Below, piece by piece: positions 43,024-53,772 of a stretch of 64,000 nucleotides of DNA. Within the stretch, counting starts at the first letter, position 1; every line of letters starts with the position of its first letter. Below the pieces are notes generated by a model that saw only the letters and a list, made by a program, of their open reading frames with translations, ran no database searches and was not told the origin of the DNA. The position numbers and the translations under genes are program-made. Source of the stretch: Gemmatimonadales bacterium (GTDB lineage: Bacteria > Gemmatimonadota > Gemmatimonadetes > Gemmatimonadales > GWC2-71-9); contig OZ252244.1 of NCBI GenBank assembly GCA_965249575.1, forward strand, positions 2,400,001 through 2,464,000, given 5' to 3'.

Positions 43024-44248
43024 GCGCGATGGCATAGGCAGCCGTTCTCTAGGGTACTCCTTTTTCCTGGACGATATCTCGAACACCGTTGTAAGCGGTG
43101 ACCATCTTGGTGAGTAACGTCTGGTTCACCTGCTCGAGGGTCCAGGGATGTTGCTGGAGATTCTGAACCCATTCGAAGTAGCTGACGACGCCGCCGCCGG
43201 CGTTCACGAGAAAATCCGGTAGGACGGTGATTCCGCGCTCCTCGAGAATCTTGTCCGCGATCGGGGTGACCGGGCTGTTGGCCGCTTCCACCACCACCTT
43301 ACAGTCGATGGTAGCAGCGTTCTCTTCTTTGTTGATAACCGCGCCCAGCGCCGCTGGCACCAACCATTCACAGGGGATGGTCAGCAACTGGTCGTTGGTA
43401 ATCCGATCGCCTCCCGGGAACTCGCCGACAGATTTCCGCTCGACGTATCCGTGTTCGAACAGCTTGGGGATGTCCAGCCCGCCCTCGTTGTACAGGGCGC
43501 CGTCTACATCACTGACGGCGACGATCTTGGCACCGAGCTCGTGCAGGAGACGTGAGAAATGGGCTCCTACGTTCCCAAAACCCTGGACCACCACCCGGCC
43601 GCCCTTAATCGGAATACCAGAGTCACGGGCGTATTCCTGCATGATGTAGACGACACCACGTCCGGTCGCTTCTTCCCGCCCGAGTGATCCGCCCAGCGCC
43701 ACCGGCTTGCCGGTGACAACTGCTGGGGAGTATCCCTTGCGCGCGGAGTACTCGTCGAGGACCCAGGCCATGACCCGTGCATTCGTGTTCATGTCCGGAG
43801 CTGGAATGTCCCGATAGGGTCCCAGCATGATGGCGATGCGGCCTATGAAGCTTCGCGTGACCTTCTCTAGCTCGCTTGCCGAGAGCGCGCGCGCATTGAC
43901 CTGGACGCCCCCCTTGGCACCGCCAAATGGGATATCGACGAGGGCGGTCTTCCACGTCATTGTGGTGGCGAGGCCAAGCACCTCGTTCTCGTCCGCCTCG
44001 GGGTGAAATCGGATCCCACCCTTGTACGGCCCCCGCGAACCGTTGTGCTGGACGCGGTAACCCCGGAATACTTCGATGTGTCCGTCGTCCATGCGAACAG
44101 GCACTTCGACCGCCAGGGACCGAAACGGACCGACGAGAAGGCGGCGCATGTACTCTTCGAGACCTACGAGCTCTGCCGCCAAGTCGAACTGGCTCTTGAC
44201 GATGATCCGTGTGCTCAGACTTTGTCGTGCCGAAGGTGGCGATGTCAT
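42983..44248 (-). CDS. gdhA: Glu/Leu/Phe/Val dehydrogenase (glutamate dehydrogenase) with in-frame TAG near the C-terminus
   Basis: RGPYKGGIRF, FGGAKGG, PAPDMNT and QGFGNVG. After TAG at 43049-43051 the frame continues RTAAYAIALKRVAEAEQLRGH. Confidence 0.93.
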
Positions 44249-44564
44249 GGTCGATCCCGAGGTCTGGACGCTCTCAAAGTACTCGGCGCCGGGCGGCCGT
44301 GGCCAGGCGCTCCATCGGGTGGGCACGGAATCCCCGGCCACGGGTGGGCCTCGAGTACCGGATAGCCGTTGGGGAGCGTTTGGTCCCTTATGCTCGTAGC
44401 GGTACAATCACAGGACTGTTTTCGGCCGGTTCGGGTGCCTTCTGTAGCTGAGCGGCAGGGCTGGATCTCCGGCTCCCCCAGCCCCGGGCGGTCGGAGTTG
44501 CGTATCTGCCTGCCGATGGCGCCGCGTTACCGCTGCGGATCGGCTGATTCAGGAGGTGTGACCA

Positions 44565-46613
44565 ATGCCGAATCGGCTAGCTGGGGAATCCAGTCCCTAC
44601 CTGCTCCAGCATGCCGATAATCCGGTCGACTGGTACCCGTGGGGCGAGGAGGCTCTCTCGCGGGCGAGCGCCGAGGGGAAACCGATCTTCTTGAGTGTTG
44701 GATATGCCGCATGCCACTGGTGCCATGTGATGGCGCATGAGTCCTTCGAGGACGTGGAGACCGCCACGTTCATGAACGAGCGGTTCGTGAACGTCAAAGT
44801 GGACCGGGAGGAGCGGACGGACCTCGACCAGATCTATATGAAAGCCGTCGTCGCGATGTCAGGGCACGGGGGGTGGCCCATGAGCGTCTGGCTCACCCCG
44901 AATGGCGTCCCATTCTATGGCGGCACCTACTTCCCACCCGCCCCCCGGCACGGCATGCCCTCGTTCAAGCAGGTGCTGTCCGCGCTCGCGGATGCCTGGG
45001 AAAACCGGCGGGAAACCATCGAACGGGCCACCTCCGAGTTCCAGGAGCGCCTCGCCTTGGAAAGCGCGCTGAGCCCCGGCCCGCACGGAAGACCACTCTC
45101 GTCGGCTGCGAGTGAGGCGGTTCGCGTTCTCCAAGCAGGTTTTGATCGGGCGAATGGGGGGTGGGGCGGTGCGCCGAAGTTCCCGCAGCCGATGACGATC
45201 GAGTTCCTCTTGCGGCACCACGCGCGAACCGGCGACGAGACGGCCCGGACGATGGCGGAGCGCACGCTGAAGGCAATGGCAGGGGGCGGGATCTACGACC
45301 ATCTGGGAGGCGGGTTCCATCGGTACACCGTAGACGCAATCTGGCTGGTGCCGCACTTCGAGAAGATGTTGTACGACAATGCGCAGCTGGCCCGCGTTTA
45401 CCTCCATGCGTGGCAAGCGACCGGAGAGCCACTCTATCAGCGCGTGGTTTCCGAGACACTCGACTACGTATTACGAGAGATGACTCATTCTTCCGGCGGG
45501 TTCTTCAGCGCGCAAGACGCGGACTCTGAAGGGGAGGAAGGCAAGTTCTACGTCTGGTCTGCCTCGGAGGTGACGGAGGCTCTGGGGGCCAACGAGGCGC
45601 CCGCGTTCTGTAGTGCCTTTGGGGTATCACCGAGCGGCAACTTCGAGGGAAAGAACATACTGTATGCCGCGAAGGATGTGGCCGAGGTGGCGGTCGGGTT
45701 GGGAGGCGGTCACGGTTCGATCGGGGAGTCGTTGAACGCGTCCCGACACCGGCTGCTGAGCTTTCGGGCGAAGCGGATTCCGCCTGCACGAGACGAGAAG
45801 GTTCTCACCGCCTGGAACGGACTCATGCTCGCGGCTCTCGCGGAAGCAGCACGTGCCCTCCCAAGCCAAGCGTATAAGGAGGCCGCGATTCGGAACGCGG
45901 AGTTCATCCTGGAAGAGCTTCGAACCTCAGAGGGGCGTCTTCGGCGATCGTGGACCGAGGCCACCGGATCACGATTGAATGCGTACCTAGAGGACTATAC
46001 CCACCTGATCGACGGGCTACTGGAGTTGTACCAAACGACGTTTGAGGAGCGCTGGTTCGTGGCGGCGCGCTCGCTGGCCGACACGCTGCTCGCACGTTTC
46101 GCTGCGACCGACGGGTCGTTCTACGACACGAGCGACGACCACGAGGTGCTCGTCGTGCGCCCGCGCGACCTCCAGGACAACGCGGTTCCCTCCGGAAACG
46201 CAATGGCTGCGACCTGTCTGCTCCGACTGGCGGCGTATACGGCAGACGCGCGGTATCTCCAGGCGGCGGAGGCCCCCCTCGGCCTTGTGCAGGCGGCGGC
46301 TCAGCGATTTCCGAATGCGTTTGGTCAGTGGCTGTCGGCACTCGAGTTCGCCGTCGGGGACCCGCGGGAAGTTGCCGTCCTGGGTGCGCCGGGAGATGCA
46401 GCAACCAACGAGATGCTACAGTTGCTCAGGACCGGGTTCAGACCCAACCAGGTGATTGCCCTCGCGGCTTCGGGCGAGGGATCCGCGATTCCGCTCCTGG
46501 CGTCGCGGGGAGCGGCGGCAACAACGCCTACCGCGTTCGTGTGTCGCGGTCACCGGTGCGGGCTGCCGGCCACCGACGTCCTGGCGCTAAAGGAGCAACT
46601 GGGCGAGGGGTAA
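44565..46613 (+). CDS. YyaL/SSP411-family thioredoxin-domain protein
   Basis: [29 protein letters not shown] and [13 protein letters not shown]. Confidence 0.95.
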   Translation: MPNRLAGESSPYLLQHADNPVDWYPWGEEALSRASAEGKPIFLSVGYAACHWCHVMAHESFEDVETATFMNERFVNVKVDREERTDLDQIYMKAVVAMSGHGGWPMSVWLTPNGVPFYGGTYFPPAPRHGMPSFKQVLSALADAWENRRETIERATSEFQERLALESALSPGPHGRPLSSAASEAVRVLQAGFDRANGGWGGAPKFPQPMTIEFLLRHHARTGDETARTMAERTLKAMAGGGIYDHLGGGFHRYTVDAIWLVPHFEKMLYDNAQLARVYLHAWQATGEPLYQRVVSETLDYVLREMTHSSGGFFSAQDADSEGEEGKFYVWSASEVTEALGANEAPAFCSAFGVSPSGNFEGKNILYAAKDVAEVAVGLGGGHGSIGESLNASRHRLLSFRAKRIPPARDEKVLTAWNGLMLAALAEAARALPSQAYKEAAIRNAEFILEELRTSEGRLRRSWTEATGSRLNAYLEDYTHLIDGLLELYQTTFEERWFVAARSLADTLLARFAATDGSFYDTSDDHEVLVVRPRDLQDNAVPSGNAMAATCLLRLAAYTADARYLQAAEAPLGLVQAAAQRFPNAFGQWLSALEFAVGDPREVAVLGAPGDAATNEMLQLLRTGFRPNQVIALAASGEGSAIPLLASRGAAATTPTAFVCRGHRCGLPATDVLALKEQLGEG

Positions 46614-46618
46614 GAACG

Positions 46619-46972
46619 TCAGGCGCCCGCTGTATCCGCCATCGTGGAGCGTGTCTGCTCCGCGATGGCTTCGGCTTTGACGCCACGATGAGAGTCGCTC
46701 CATCGCGGCAGGCCCTTTCTCAGGACGAAGACTTGCGGCGACTCGTGCTGCACGCCGAACGTCTCGGCCACGCGGTCGGAAAGTTCCCGCTCTGCCAGGA
46801 CGTCCAGTGTGTAGACTGGCACTCCGTCGTGGTCGGTCGCGAACTGTTCGACTTGCCGGTAGGCCATTGCGCTCAGCCCGCACGCCGGGCTGTGCTTGTA
46901 GAGGACCGCGACGTCCTCCTCTAGCAGTTCGTTCAAGTCGCTTTCAACCGATAGACGCTTCAATGGGCTCAT
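46619..46972 (-). CDS. YtxJ/BrxC-like monothiol redox protein
   Basis: YKHSPACGLS, R.LSDRVAETFGVQHESPQ and SH near the C-terminus. Confidence 0.88.
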   Translation of the reverse strand: MSPLKRLSVESDLNELLEEDVAVLYKHSPACGLSAMAYRQVEQFATDHDGVPVYTLDVLAERELSDRVAETFGVQHESPQVFVLRKGLPRWSDSHRGVKAEAIAEQTRSTMADTAGA

Positions 46973-47097
46973 GCGGGCTCCACGAGTAAATGTAGGTCCC
47001 GGCATCAAGGTGCCGTTCCTCTACCAAAGTCGATGGTATACCGAAAGGTTCCCGGTCTGGACCGATTAGTGGAGCTCGGTCGCTGCCGTCCGCTGCG

Positions 47098-47355
47098 CTA
47101 GCCTGGCTCGCGGCGGGCGCGCTCGATTGCCGCCGATACCTTGTCCGCGAGCGACGGGGGGAGAGAGAGCTTTCGCAGCTTTAGCTTCAGCTCCTCGAGG
47201 ACGGTCGCTTCGAAATCGTGCTGGTCGGCGCATGGAGCACAGTCGTCGAGGTGCTGCTCCAGCGCGGCGACGTCGTTGGGGCTCAGTTCCCGATCCAAAT
47301 AATCGTTTAACTGTCGGAAGACCTCCTCACACGTGTAGCGGCCCAGGTCAGCCAT
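47098..47355 (-). CDS. Zinc-binding anti-sigma factor (zf-HC2, RsrA/RshA-like), soluble
   Basis: TCEEV...YLDREL...HLDDCAPC; no TM segment. Confidence 0.92.
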   Translation of the reverse strand: MADLGRYTCEEVFRQLNDYLDRELSPNDVAALEQHLDDCAPCADQHDFEATVLEELKLKLRKLSLPPSLADKVSAAIERARREPG

Positions 47356-47956
47356 GTGAACCGCCCTCCGATGACGGAACGAGACCGTGGTCTACCGCGA
47401 GTTGCCAGAGGTGCTTCTGCAGCAGCTTCCGGCCACGATGCAATCGAGAGCGCACGGTTCCGATGGGAATGTCCAGAATGTTCGCCATCTCCTCGTACGA
47501 CATGTCCTGTGCGAAGAACAGCGTCGCGACCACGCGGTATTCCTCGGGGAGTGTCTCGACGGCGGTTGCGACCTGGTCGGCGTCGAGTCGGTTCATGAAG
47601 GCCCTGGCCGGATCGGCGTCGGCCTCATGCAGTCCGACCTCGGCGGTGCGGTCGAAGAGGTAGTGTTCGGGGATCTCCTCAATGGTTACCGCCGAACCCT
47701 CCCGCTTCTGCTTCCGGCCCTTGGTATAGTACAGATTCGTCAGTATACGAAAGAGCCACGCCTTGAAATTGGTTCCAGGCCTGAACGTCTTGAAGCCGCG
47801 ATATGCGTTGAAAGCGGCCTCCTGCACCAGATCCTCCGCGTCGACCACGTTGCCGGTCAGGCGCAGCGCGTACCGGTAGGCCGGCTGGAGTTGGGGGATG
47901 AGCAGCCCGTCGAACGTGTCGTCCGGCGCGCTGTTCCCCGTCGAGCCGTCCGTCAT
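47348..47956 (-). CDS. ECF sigma factor (SigR/SigH-like)
   Basis: DAEDLVQE, FRPGTNFKAWLFRILTN and IGTVRSRLHRGRK; overlaps the anti-sigma start. Confidence 0.93.
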   Translation of the reverse strand: MTDGSTGNSAPDDTFDGLLIPQLQPAYRYALRLTGNVVDAEDLVQEAAFNAYRGFKTFRPGTNFKAWLFRILTNLYYTKGRKQKREGSAVTIEEIPEHYLFDRTAEVGLHEADADPARAFMNRLDADQVATAVETLPEEYRVVATLFFAQDMSYEEMANILDIPIGTVRSRLHRGRKLLQKHLWQLAVDHGLVPSSEGGSHG

Positions 47957-48159
47957 GTCGCCGATCGGGGTGCCGGCCCAGCGTTGCCACAGGGTCTTTC
48001 GGGCGTCGTGACATGTCGCTGGCGGTTGGGCATCGCGATCCTCTAACGCGGGTTCGAGTGAGTCGGGTGGTTTCGGGTGCTGCGGACGCAAGGCAGCCTT
48101 ATGAAAGCCTGGAGTTACGCCTCGCGCAACCGCGAACCGGGCGTTCCATCCCGTTGCGC

Positions 48160-48915
48160 TCACTCGCCGGATGGCACCTCCGCCCCGGTGTATGCGTCCC
48201 GGTCCACTAGCCACGCCAGGGACTCCCGAGCCCGGATTCCTGCCGCCGGATAACGGTCGGTGGGGGGGGGGGACGGCCCGAGTAATGCGCTGAGAGCCGG
48301 GTGTTTGCCGGCTCCAGCGACGAGGAACAGCACGTGACGGGCTCTGTTCAGCAACGGGTACGTGAGCGTGATCCTAAGGATCGGGCGGAGGTGTGCGGGG
48401 CCGACGACCGGACGGACCCAACGTTCCCGCTCGCCGATCACCTCGCTGCCGGGAAACAGCGATGCAGTGTGTCCATCCTCTCCGACGCCCAGCAGGGCAA
48501 GATCGAAGGACGGTTGGTCCGGCTTCACGGCGAAGAACTTCCGCAAGCAGTCCTCGTAATCCTGTGCGGCGTCCTCGATGGGTGTACACTCGGCCGGGAT
48601 GCGATGCACGTTACCCTCGGGGAGCGGGACCTGCGCCAGCAGGGTCCGCCGGGCGAGGGCGTAATTGCTATCCGCATGGTCGGGAGGCACACAGCGCTCG
48701 TCTCCCCAAAAAACGTGCACGCGGCGCCAATCAATCGGCCCGTTTCGATCACGGGCCAGATTCTCGTACAGGATGGATGGAGTCGAGCCGCCCGCTAGGG
48801 CGACGGTCGCGCGGCCAAAAGCCGATACCGCGGCATCGACGATGGTGCGGAACCGGCGAGTCGCCTCCAGCGCCAGTGCCGTGCGATCTCGCTCCACCAC
48901 GATTTCGGGCCTCAT
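48160..48915 (-). CDS. pgl: 6-phosphogluconolactonase
   Basis: LAGGSTP, FWGDERCVP and GEDGHTASLFP. Confidence 0.95.
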   Translation of the reverse strand: MRPEIVVERDRTALALEATRRFRTIVDAAVSAFGRATVALAGGSTPSILYENLARDRNGPIDWRRVHVFWGDERCVPPDHADSNYALARRTLLAQVPLPEGNVHRIPAECTPIEDAAQDYEDCLRKFFAVKPDQPSFDLALLGVGEDGHTASLFPGSEVIGERERWVRPVVGPAHLRPILRITLTYPLLNRARHVLFLVAGAGKHPALSALLGPSPPPTDRYPAAGIRARESLAWLVDRDAYTGAEVPSGE

Positions 48916-50371
48916 CGCGGATTCCTGAGCTCGGTTCCTTCCGGCAGTATGCGGGCTACGTCCGCTGGCCCCCATGAGCCGGCGGCGTAGGGATGCACCG
49001 CGAGCTTTCCGTCCATCAGCGGTTCGAACAGCGCCCAGGCCGCTTCGACTTCGTCCGCATGGACGAACAGTGTTTGATCTCCCTCCATCACGTCTCGAAT
49101 CAGAGTCTGGTAGGCCTCGGGAAGGGCGCTGAATTTCTCGTCATAGCTGAAGTGAAGGGGGAGCGACGCGACTCGAAACGGCTCACCCGGTGCCTTGACG
49201 CCAAAATGAAGCTCGAAGCCCTCGTCCGGCTGAAGTCTGAGGACGAGCACATTCGGTTCGATGTCGCAGTCTCCTACCGTCTCGAACATGCAGACCGGAG
49301 GCCTGCGAAACATCACGGCGATCTCGGTGAGCCGTTTTGGGAGCCGTTTACCAGTTCGCAGAATGAAGGGGACGCCTTGCCACCTCCAGGTGTCCACGTC
49401 GAGGCGCAGGGCGGCGAACGTCTCCGTCGAGGAATCCGGCGCCACGTCGAGCTCGTCACGGTAGGCTGGCAGCTTGTCTCCATTGGACTCGCCCGCCGCG
49501 TACTGTCCCAAGACGACGTCGTCGGGACGAATGGAACCCACGGACCGCAACACCTTTGTCTTTTCGGTGCGGATCGCGTCCGCCTCAAATGCCGATGGTA
49601 CTTCCATGGCGACCAGGGCCAGGAGTTGTGCGAGATGATTCTGGACCATGTCACGGAGGGCACCTGCTCGTTCGTAGTAGGCCGCTCTCCGTTCCACGCC
49701 TAGGTCTTCCGCAACGGTGATCTCAACACAGCCTACGTGGTTCCGATTCCAGAGCGACTCAAAAAACGCATTCGCGAACCGCAGGACCAGGAGATTCTGA
49801 ACGGTTTCCTTGCCCAGGTAGTGGTCGATTCGATACACCTGCGATTCGTCGAACCACTGATGGATGAGTTGGTTGAGCTCACGTGCGGAGGAGAGGTCTC
49901 TCCCAAACGGCTTTTCAACCACGAGGCGCGTCCACCCCTCGCTTCGATTGAGCCCGGCCTCGGCGAGACCACCGATCGTCGTCGCGAACGCCCCGGGGGG
50001 GAGCGCGATATAGAAGACCCGATTTCCGGGCAGCCTCTCCCTATCTTCGATGGCCCGGATCCGTTCGCTGAGCGCATGGAACCCTTCGGTGCCTTTCCCG
50101 ATCCCCTCGTAGAAGATCGCCCCGTCGACCCACGCATCGACGTCTCCGGACGAATCCTCCCTCGCGAGCCCCTCTTTGACCCAGTCACGGTACGCGGCAT
50201 CGTCCAGCGAGCGGTCGCGGGCGACGCCGAGCACCCGAAAGGTCTTCCTAGCTCGTTCGTGACGCTCGAGCTCGTAGAGCGCTGGCATGATCTTGCGCCG
50301 CGCGAGATCATGCCGGTGCCCCCGAAAATCACGAAGAGGCACTGCTCCCGAACCGACTCCCCTACGCTCAT
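48912..50371 (-). pseudogene. zwf: Glucose-6-phosphate dehydrogenase, frameshifted near the N-terminus
   Basis: IFGGTG / DLARRK split by a 2-nt insertion at about 50310; EKPFG, RIDHYLGKE and RDMVQNH are intact. Confidence 0.93.
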
Positions 50372-51273
50372 GAGCCCTTGACGGCGTGCCCACCGAACTG
50401 GTTGCGCATGGCCGATAGAAGGCGGTCTGCATAGGACTCGTCGTCGCGCGAGCGGAGACGCTGGATCAGGGACAGCGTGATGACTGGCGAGGGTACGTCC
50501 AGATCGACCGCTTCGGCCACCGTCCACCGACCCTCTCCTGAGTCGGGAACGTACGGAGCGATAGCCTCGAGATCTGCGTCCTCCTTGAGGGCGTTCGCCG
50601 TGAGATCCAGCAACCAGGATCGAACGACGCTGCCGTATCGCCAGATCTCCGCGATTTCCGCAAGGTCTAATTGGAACTCTTCCTTCTTCTTCAGAATCGC
50701 GAACCCTTCCGCATATGCCTGCATCATGCCGTACTCGATCCCGTTGTGGATCATCTTCACGAAGTGGCCGGCGCCCCACGGCCCCACGCGGCCCCACCCC
50801 TGATCCTGAGCGGGCGCCAGCGTCTCGAAGATCGGGGCCAGGCGATTGACCACCTCAACCTCTCCACCGACCATGAGGCTGTACCCCTCCCGTAGTCCCC
50901 AGACTCCGCCGGACGTCCCCGCGTCCACGAAATGGATTCCTTTCTCGTGGAGGTCCGCGCCCCGGCGCGCCGAATCTTTGTAATTGCTATTGCCGCCGTC
51001 GATAATCGTGTCGCCCGACACAAGCTGGGCAGCGAGCGCCCGTACCGTTTCGTCCGTGGGGGTGCCGGCAGGAACCATTACCCAGACCGCTCGAGGGGGA
51101 GACAGCTGACCGACGAGGTCCTCGAGCGACTTGGCTGGAACCGCGCCGCTCTTCCCTACCTTGGCGACCGCCTTCGGGTCCCGGTCGAAAACCACGACCC
51201 GATGCTTCCCCTGACCCAGGCGCGTGGTCATGTTCGCTCCCATTTTCCCGAGGCCGATCATCCCGAGTTCCAT
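50368..51273 (-). CDS. gnd: 6-phosphogluconate dehydrogenase (short decarboxylating form)
   Basis: IGLGKMG, DGGNS, GHFVKMIHNGIEY and MRNQFGGH. Confidence 0.97.
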   Translation of the reverse strand: MELGMIGLGKMGANMTTRLGQGKHRVVVFDRDPKAVAKVGKSGAVPAKSLEDLVGQLSPPRAVWVMVPAGTPTDETVRALAAQLVSGDTIIDGGNSNYKDSARRGADLHEKGIHFVDAGTSGGVWGLREGYSLMVGGEVEVVNRLAPIFETLAPAQDQGWGRVGPWGAGHFVKMIHNGIEYGMMQAYAEGFAILKKKEEFQLDLAEIAEIWRYGSVVRSWLLDLTANALKEDADLEAIAPYVPDSGEGRWTVAEAVDLDVPSPVITLSLIQRLRSRDDESYADRLLSAMRNQFGGHAVKGS

Positions 51274-51294
51274 CTCAAGGGCTCCTTTCGCTGG

Positions 51295-52038
51295 TCAGAC
51301 GGCGGCGTGCAGGGCGACGGCTTCGTCGGCGATCGCCTCGAGAGTAGCCAGGTCGTCGACGATCCACCGCGGCTCGAGGACGTCGGCTGCGTGGATCGCT
51401 TCCCGGGTGTAATCGTTGGTCACGGCAATGCAGGGCATGTTTGCCGCGAGCGCTGCACGTACGCCCGATGGGGAGTCCTCGATGACGAGGCAATCGCTGA
51501 CGCACGTCGCGATCGCCGAGGCCACGTGGAGATAAATCTCCGGATCCGGCTTTCCGTGGCGCACATCCTCACGGGTGGCCGTGTGGTCGAACAGGGGGGT
51601 GAGCTTGAGGATATCCAACACCCGGGACGCCTGTTCTCGATAGGACATCGTGGCGAGACCGGTCTTATAGCTCTGTCCGCGCACTCTTTCGAGGAGCGCG
51701 GTATTGAACGGGCAGAGATGGGCACGCAATACGGCGCGATCGCGGAGCATCGCGTCGTAGATCTCGAGCCGAATGGCCAAGAAAGCCTCGCGCGGCGACT
51801 CTACCCCCAGCTCGGCCATACGGGCTCCCGCTTGGGTCTCGAGCGCGAACCACCCGAGCAGCGCAGCGGCGACGCGCTGGCGAGGCAATCCTACGACTTC
51901 TTTGAACCGGTCCAGGACCTCCTCCTCGCTCACGGCGCCCGGACGCAGCGCCGCCGCCGCCCTCGCGTACGAGCGCGCCTTGAGGGCTTCCGTCTGAACA
52001 AGCGTCCCGTCCAGATCGAAGATGAAAGCTCGGATCAT
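51295..52038 (-). CDS. HAD-family phosphatase
   Basis: FDLDGTL, KPDPEIY and IEDSPSG. Confidence 0.92.
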   Translation of the reverse strand: MIRAFIFDLDGTLVQTEALKARSYARAAAALRPGAVSEEEVLDRFKEVVGLPRQRVAAALLGWFALETQAGARMAELGVESPREAFLAIRLEIYDAMLRDRAVLRAHLCPFNTALLERVRGQSYKTGLATMSYREQASRVLDILKLTPLFDHTATREDVRHGKPDPEIYLHVASAIATCVSDCLVIEDSPSGVRAALAANMPCIAVTNDYTREAIHAADVLEPRWIVDDLATLEAIADEAVALHAAV

Positions 52039-53741
52039 GGAATTCCAGCTGCGAGAATGTGGACTGCTTCGACCATCGGGACATCGAGGTGTATGCGGAG
52101 GACCGCCCGGTTCGCCTTCAGAAGCGCCCTCCGATCGCCGAGTGCCTGAGCCAATTTCAATACACCGAAGCTGAGCGCGGCTTCGTGTTTTCCGTCGGCA
52201 TCCGGGATGGGCAGTTCGGGCCCACGATCGTCCGTCAACTGCAGAAACAATCCCGACCCGCCGTCGCCTTTGTGTAGCTGGCCTGTCGAATGGAGGAATC
52301 TGGGGCCATATCCGACCGTGGTCGCTACGTGCAGCCGATCGCGTATCTGCGTTCGCAATTCCTGCAACGCGGCAGTCGTGGCCTCGGTTGGGTGCACGTA
52401 CGCCTGAATCGCGACGTAGCCTCCAGGGTGGGCTCGACTCAAGAACGTTTCGACGGCTTCGGGCACACTGGATACGGGTCGATCGGCGAACACGGCCATG
52501 CCGTCCTCACGAAGAGATGGCTCCTCCGTTGGGAGGGAGCCGGTGGACGCGTACGCGTCCACCATCTCGCGAGCGAGCGTTTTTGCAGCCTCCACGTTGG
52601 GTTGGTCGAAGGGATTGATGGCGAGCCTCCATCCGGCAATGGCGGTCGCCATTTCCCACAGGAAGAATTGACCGCCCAATTCGTAGCGGTCCTCCACTTC
52701 GAGCTGTATGAGGGGATGGTTCGCCGAGGTCAGGCTCGCAAGCGCCTGCGGCCCTGGTTCTCCGCGGATGCCGAGCGATACGAACACCCGGTCTGGGCCG
52801 TAGGACCCAGGCTCTCCCATAGGCTCGCCATCCACTGGCAGCACGCCCTTTCCCTCCTTGCCGGTGCTCTCGGCCACCAGTTGCTCGGCCCAGGCCCCAA
52901 ACGGGGACATTGAATCTGCCGGCACGAGCGTGAGCTTGTCGCGTCCCCGCAAGGCGAGCTCACCGATCGCGCTACCTAGCATACCAGCCTGGTTGTCCCC
53001 GCTGACCGTTGAGTGGCTCCCGTCGCAGTTGCGTGCCGTCGCGGCGGCCCCCTCCAGCAGGCGCGTGATGTCCACTCCGATTAACGCTGCCGGAACCAGG
53101 CCAAAGAAGGACAAGGCGGAGTAGCGACCGCCGATCTCGGCGTCGTTGAGGAACGTCTTGCGAAACGTGAACGCGTGCGCGAGATCGGCGAGGCTGCTTC
53201 CTGGGTCGGTGATCGCGGCGAAATGCCGTCCGGCGTCTTCCGCACCAACCGCCTCTCGCACCCGATCGTAGAAGAAACGAAAGAACGAAAGCGTTTCGAC
53301 CGTCCCCCCCGACTTGGTCGAAACGATGAACAGTGTCCGTTTCAGGTCGAGCCGGTCGGCCGCGGTGGACACTGCGCCCGGATCGGTGCTGTCGAGTACC
53401 GTGAGGTCCACGTAGCCCGGCTGGACGCCGAAGACCTTGCGGTAGACTTCGGGCGCGAGGCTCGATCCCCCCATCCCGAGCAGGAGGGCGTGAGACAAAC
53501 CGTCATTCTTGACCTCGTCAACGAACGCGTTGATTGCGGACGTCTCTTTCAGCATCATGCCAGGAGTGTGCAGCCAACCTAGTCGGTTGCTGATCTCCGT
53601 GGGGTCGTCTTTCCACACCGAGTGATCGCGCTGCCAAATACGGTCGATGACGCGATCGTCTTGGAGGTCTCTACGGGCCTGCTCGACCGTCGCTACGTGT
53701 GTTCCGAGCTCTTCCCTGTACGTCATCGTGCTCAACCCCAT
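52035..53741 (-). CDS. pgi: Glucose-6-phosphate isomerase (PGI half of the Tal/Pgi family)
   Basis: LGMGGSSL, STKSGGTVET, GGRYS, EQLVAESTGK, FDQPNVE and GPRFLHSTGQLHKG. Confidence 0.9.
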   Translation of the reverse strand: MGLSTMTYREELGTHVATVEQARRDLQDDRVIDRIWQRDHSVWKDDPTEISNRLGWLHTPGMMLKETSAINAFVDEVKNDGLSHALLLGMGGSSLAPEVYRKVFGVQPGYVDLTVLDSTDPGAVSTAADRLDLKRTLFIVSTKSGGTVETLSFFRFFYDRVREAVGAEDAGRHFAAITDPGSSLADLAHAFTFRKTFLNDAEIGGRYSALSFFGLVPAALIGVDITRLLEGAAATARNCDGSHSTVSGDNQAGMLGSAIGELALRGRDKLTLVPADSMSPFGAWAEQLVAESTGKEGKGVLPVDGEPMGEPGSYGPDRVFVSLGIRGEPGPQALASLTSANHPLIQLEVEDRYELGGQFFLWEMATAIAGWRLAINPFDQPNVEAAKTLAREMVDAYASTGSLPTEEPSLREDGMAVFADRPVSSVPEAVETFLSRAHPGGYVAIQAYVHPTEATTAALQELRTQIRDRLHVATTVGYGPRFLHSTGQLHKGDGGSGLFLQLTDDRGPELPIPDADGKHEAALSFGVLKLAQALGDRRALLKANRAVLRIHLDVPMVEAVHILAAGIP

Positions 53742-53772
53742 CGACTGAAATTCCTTGAGCGGGCGGCATGGC

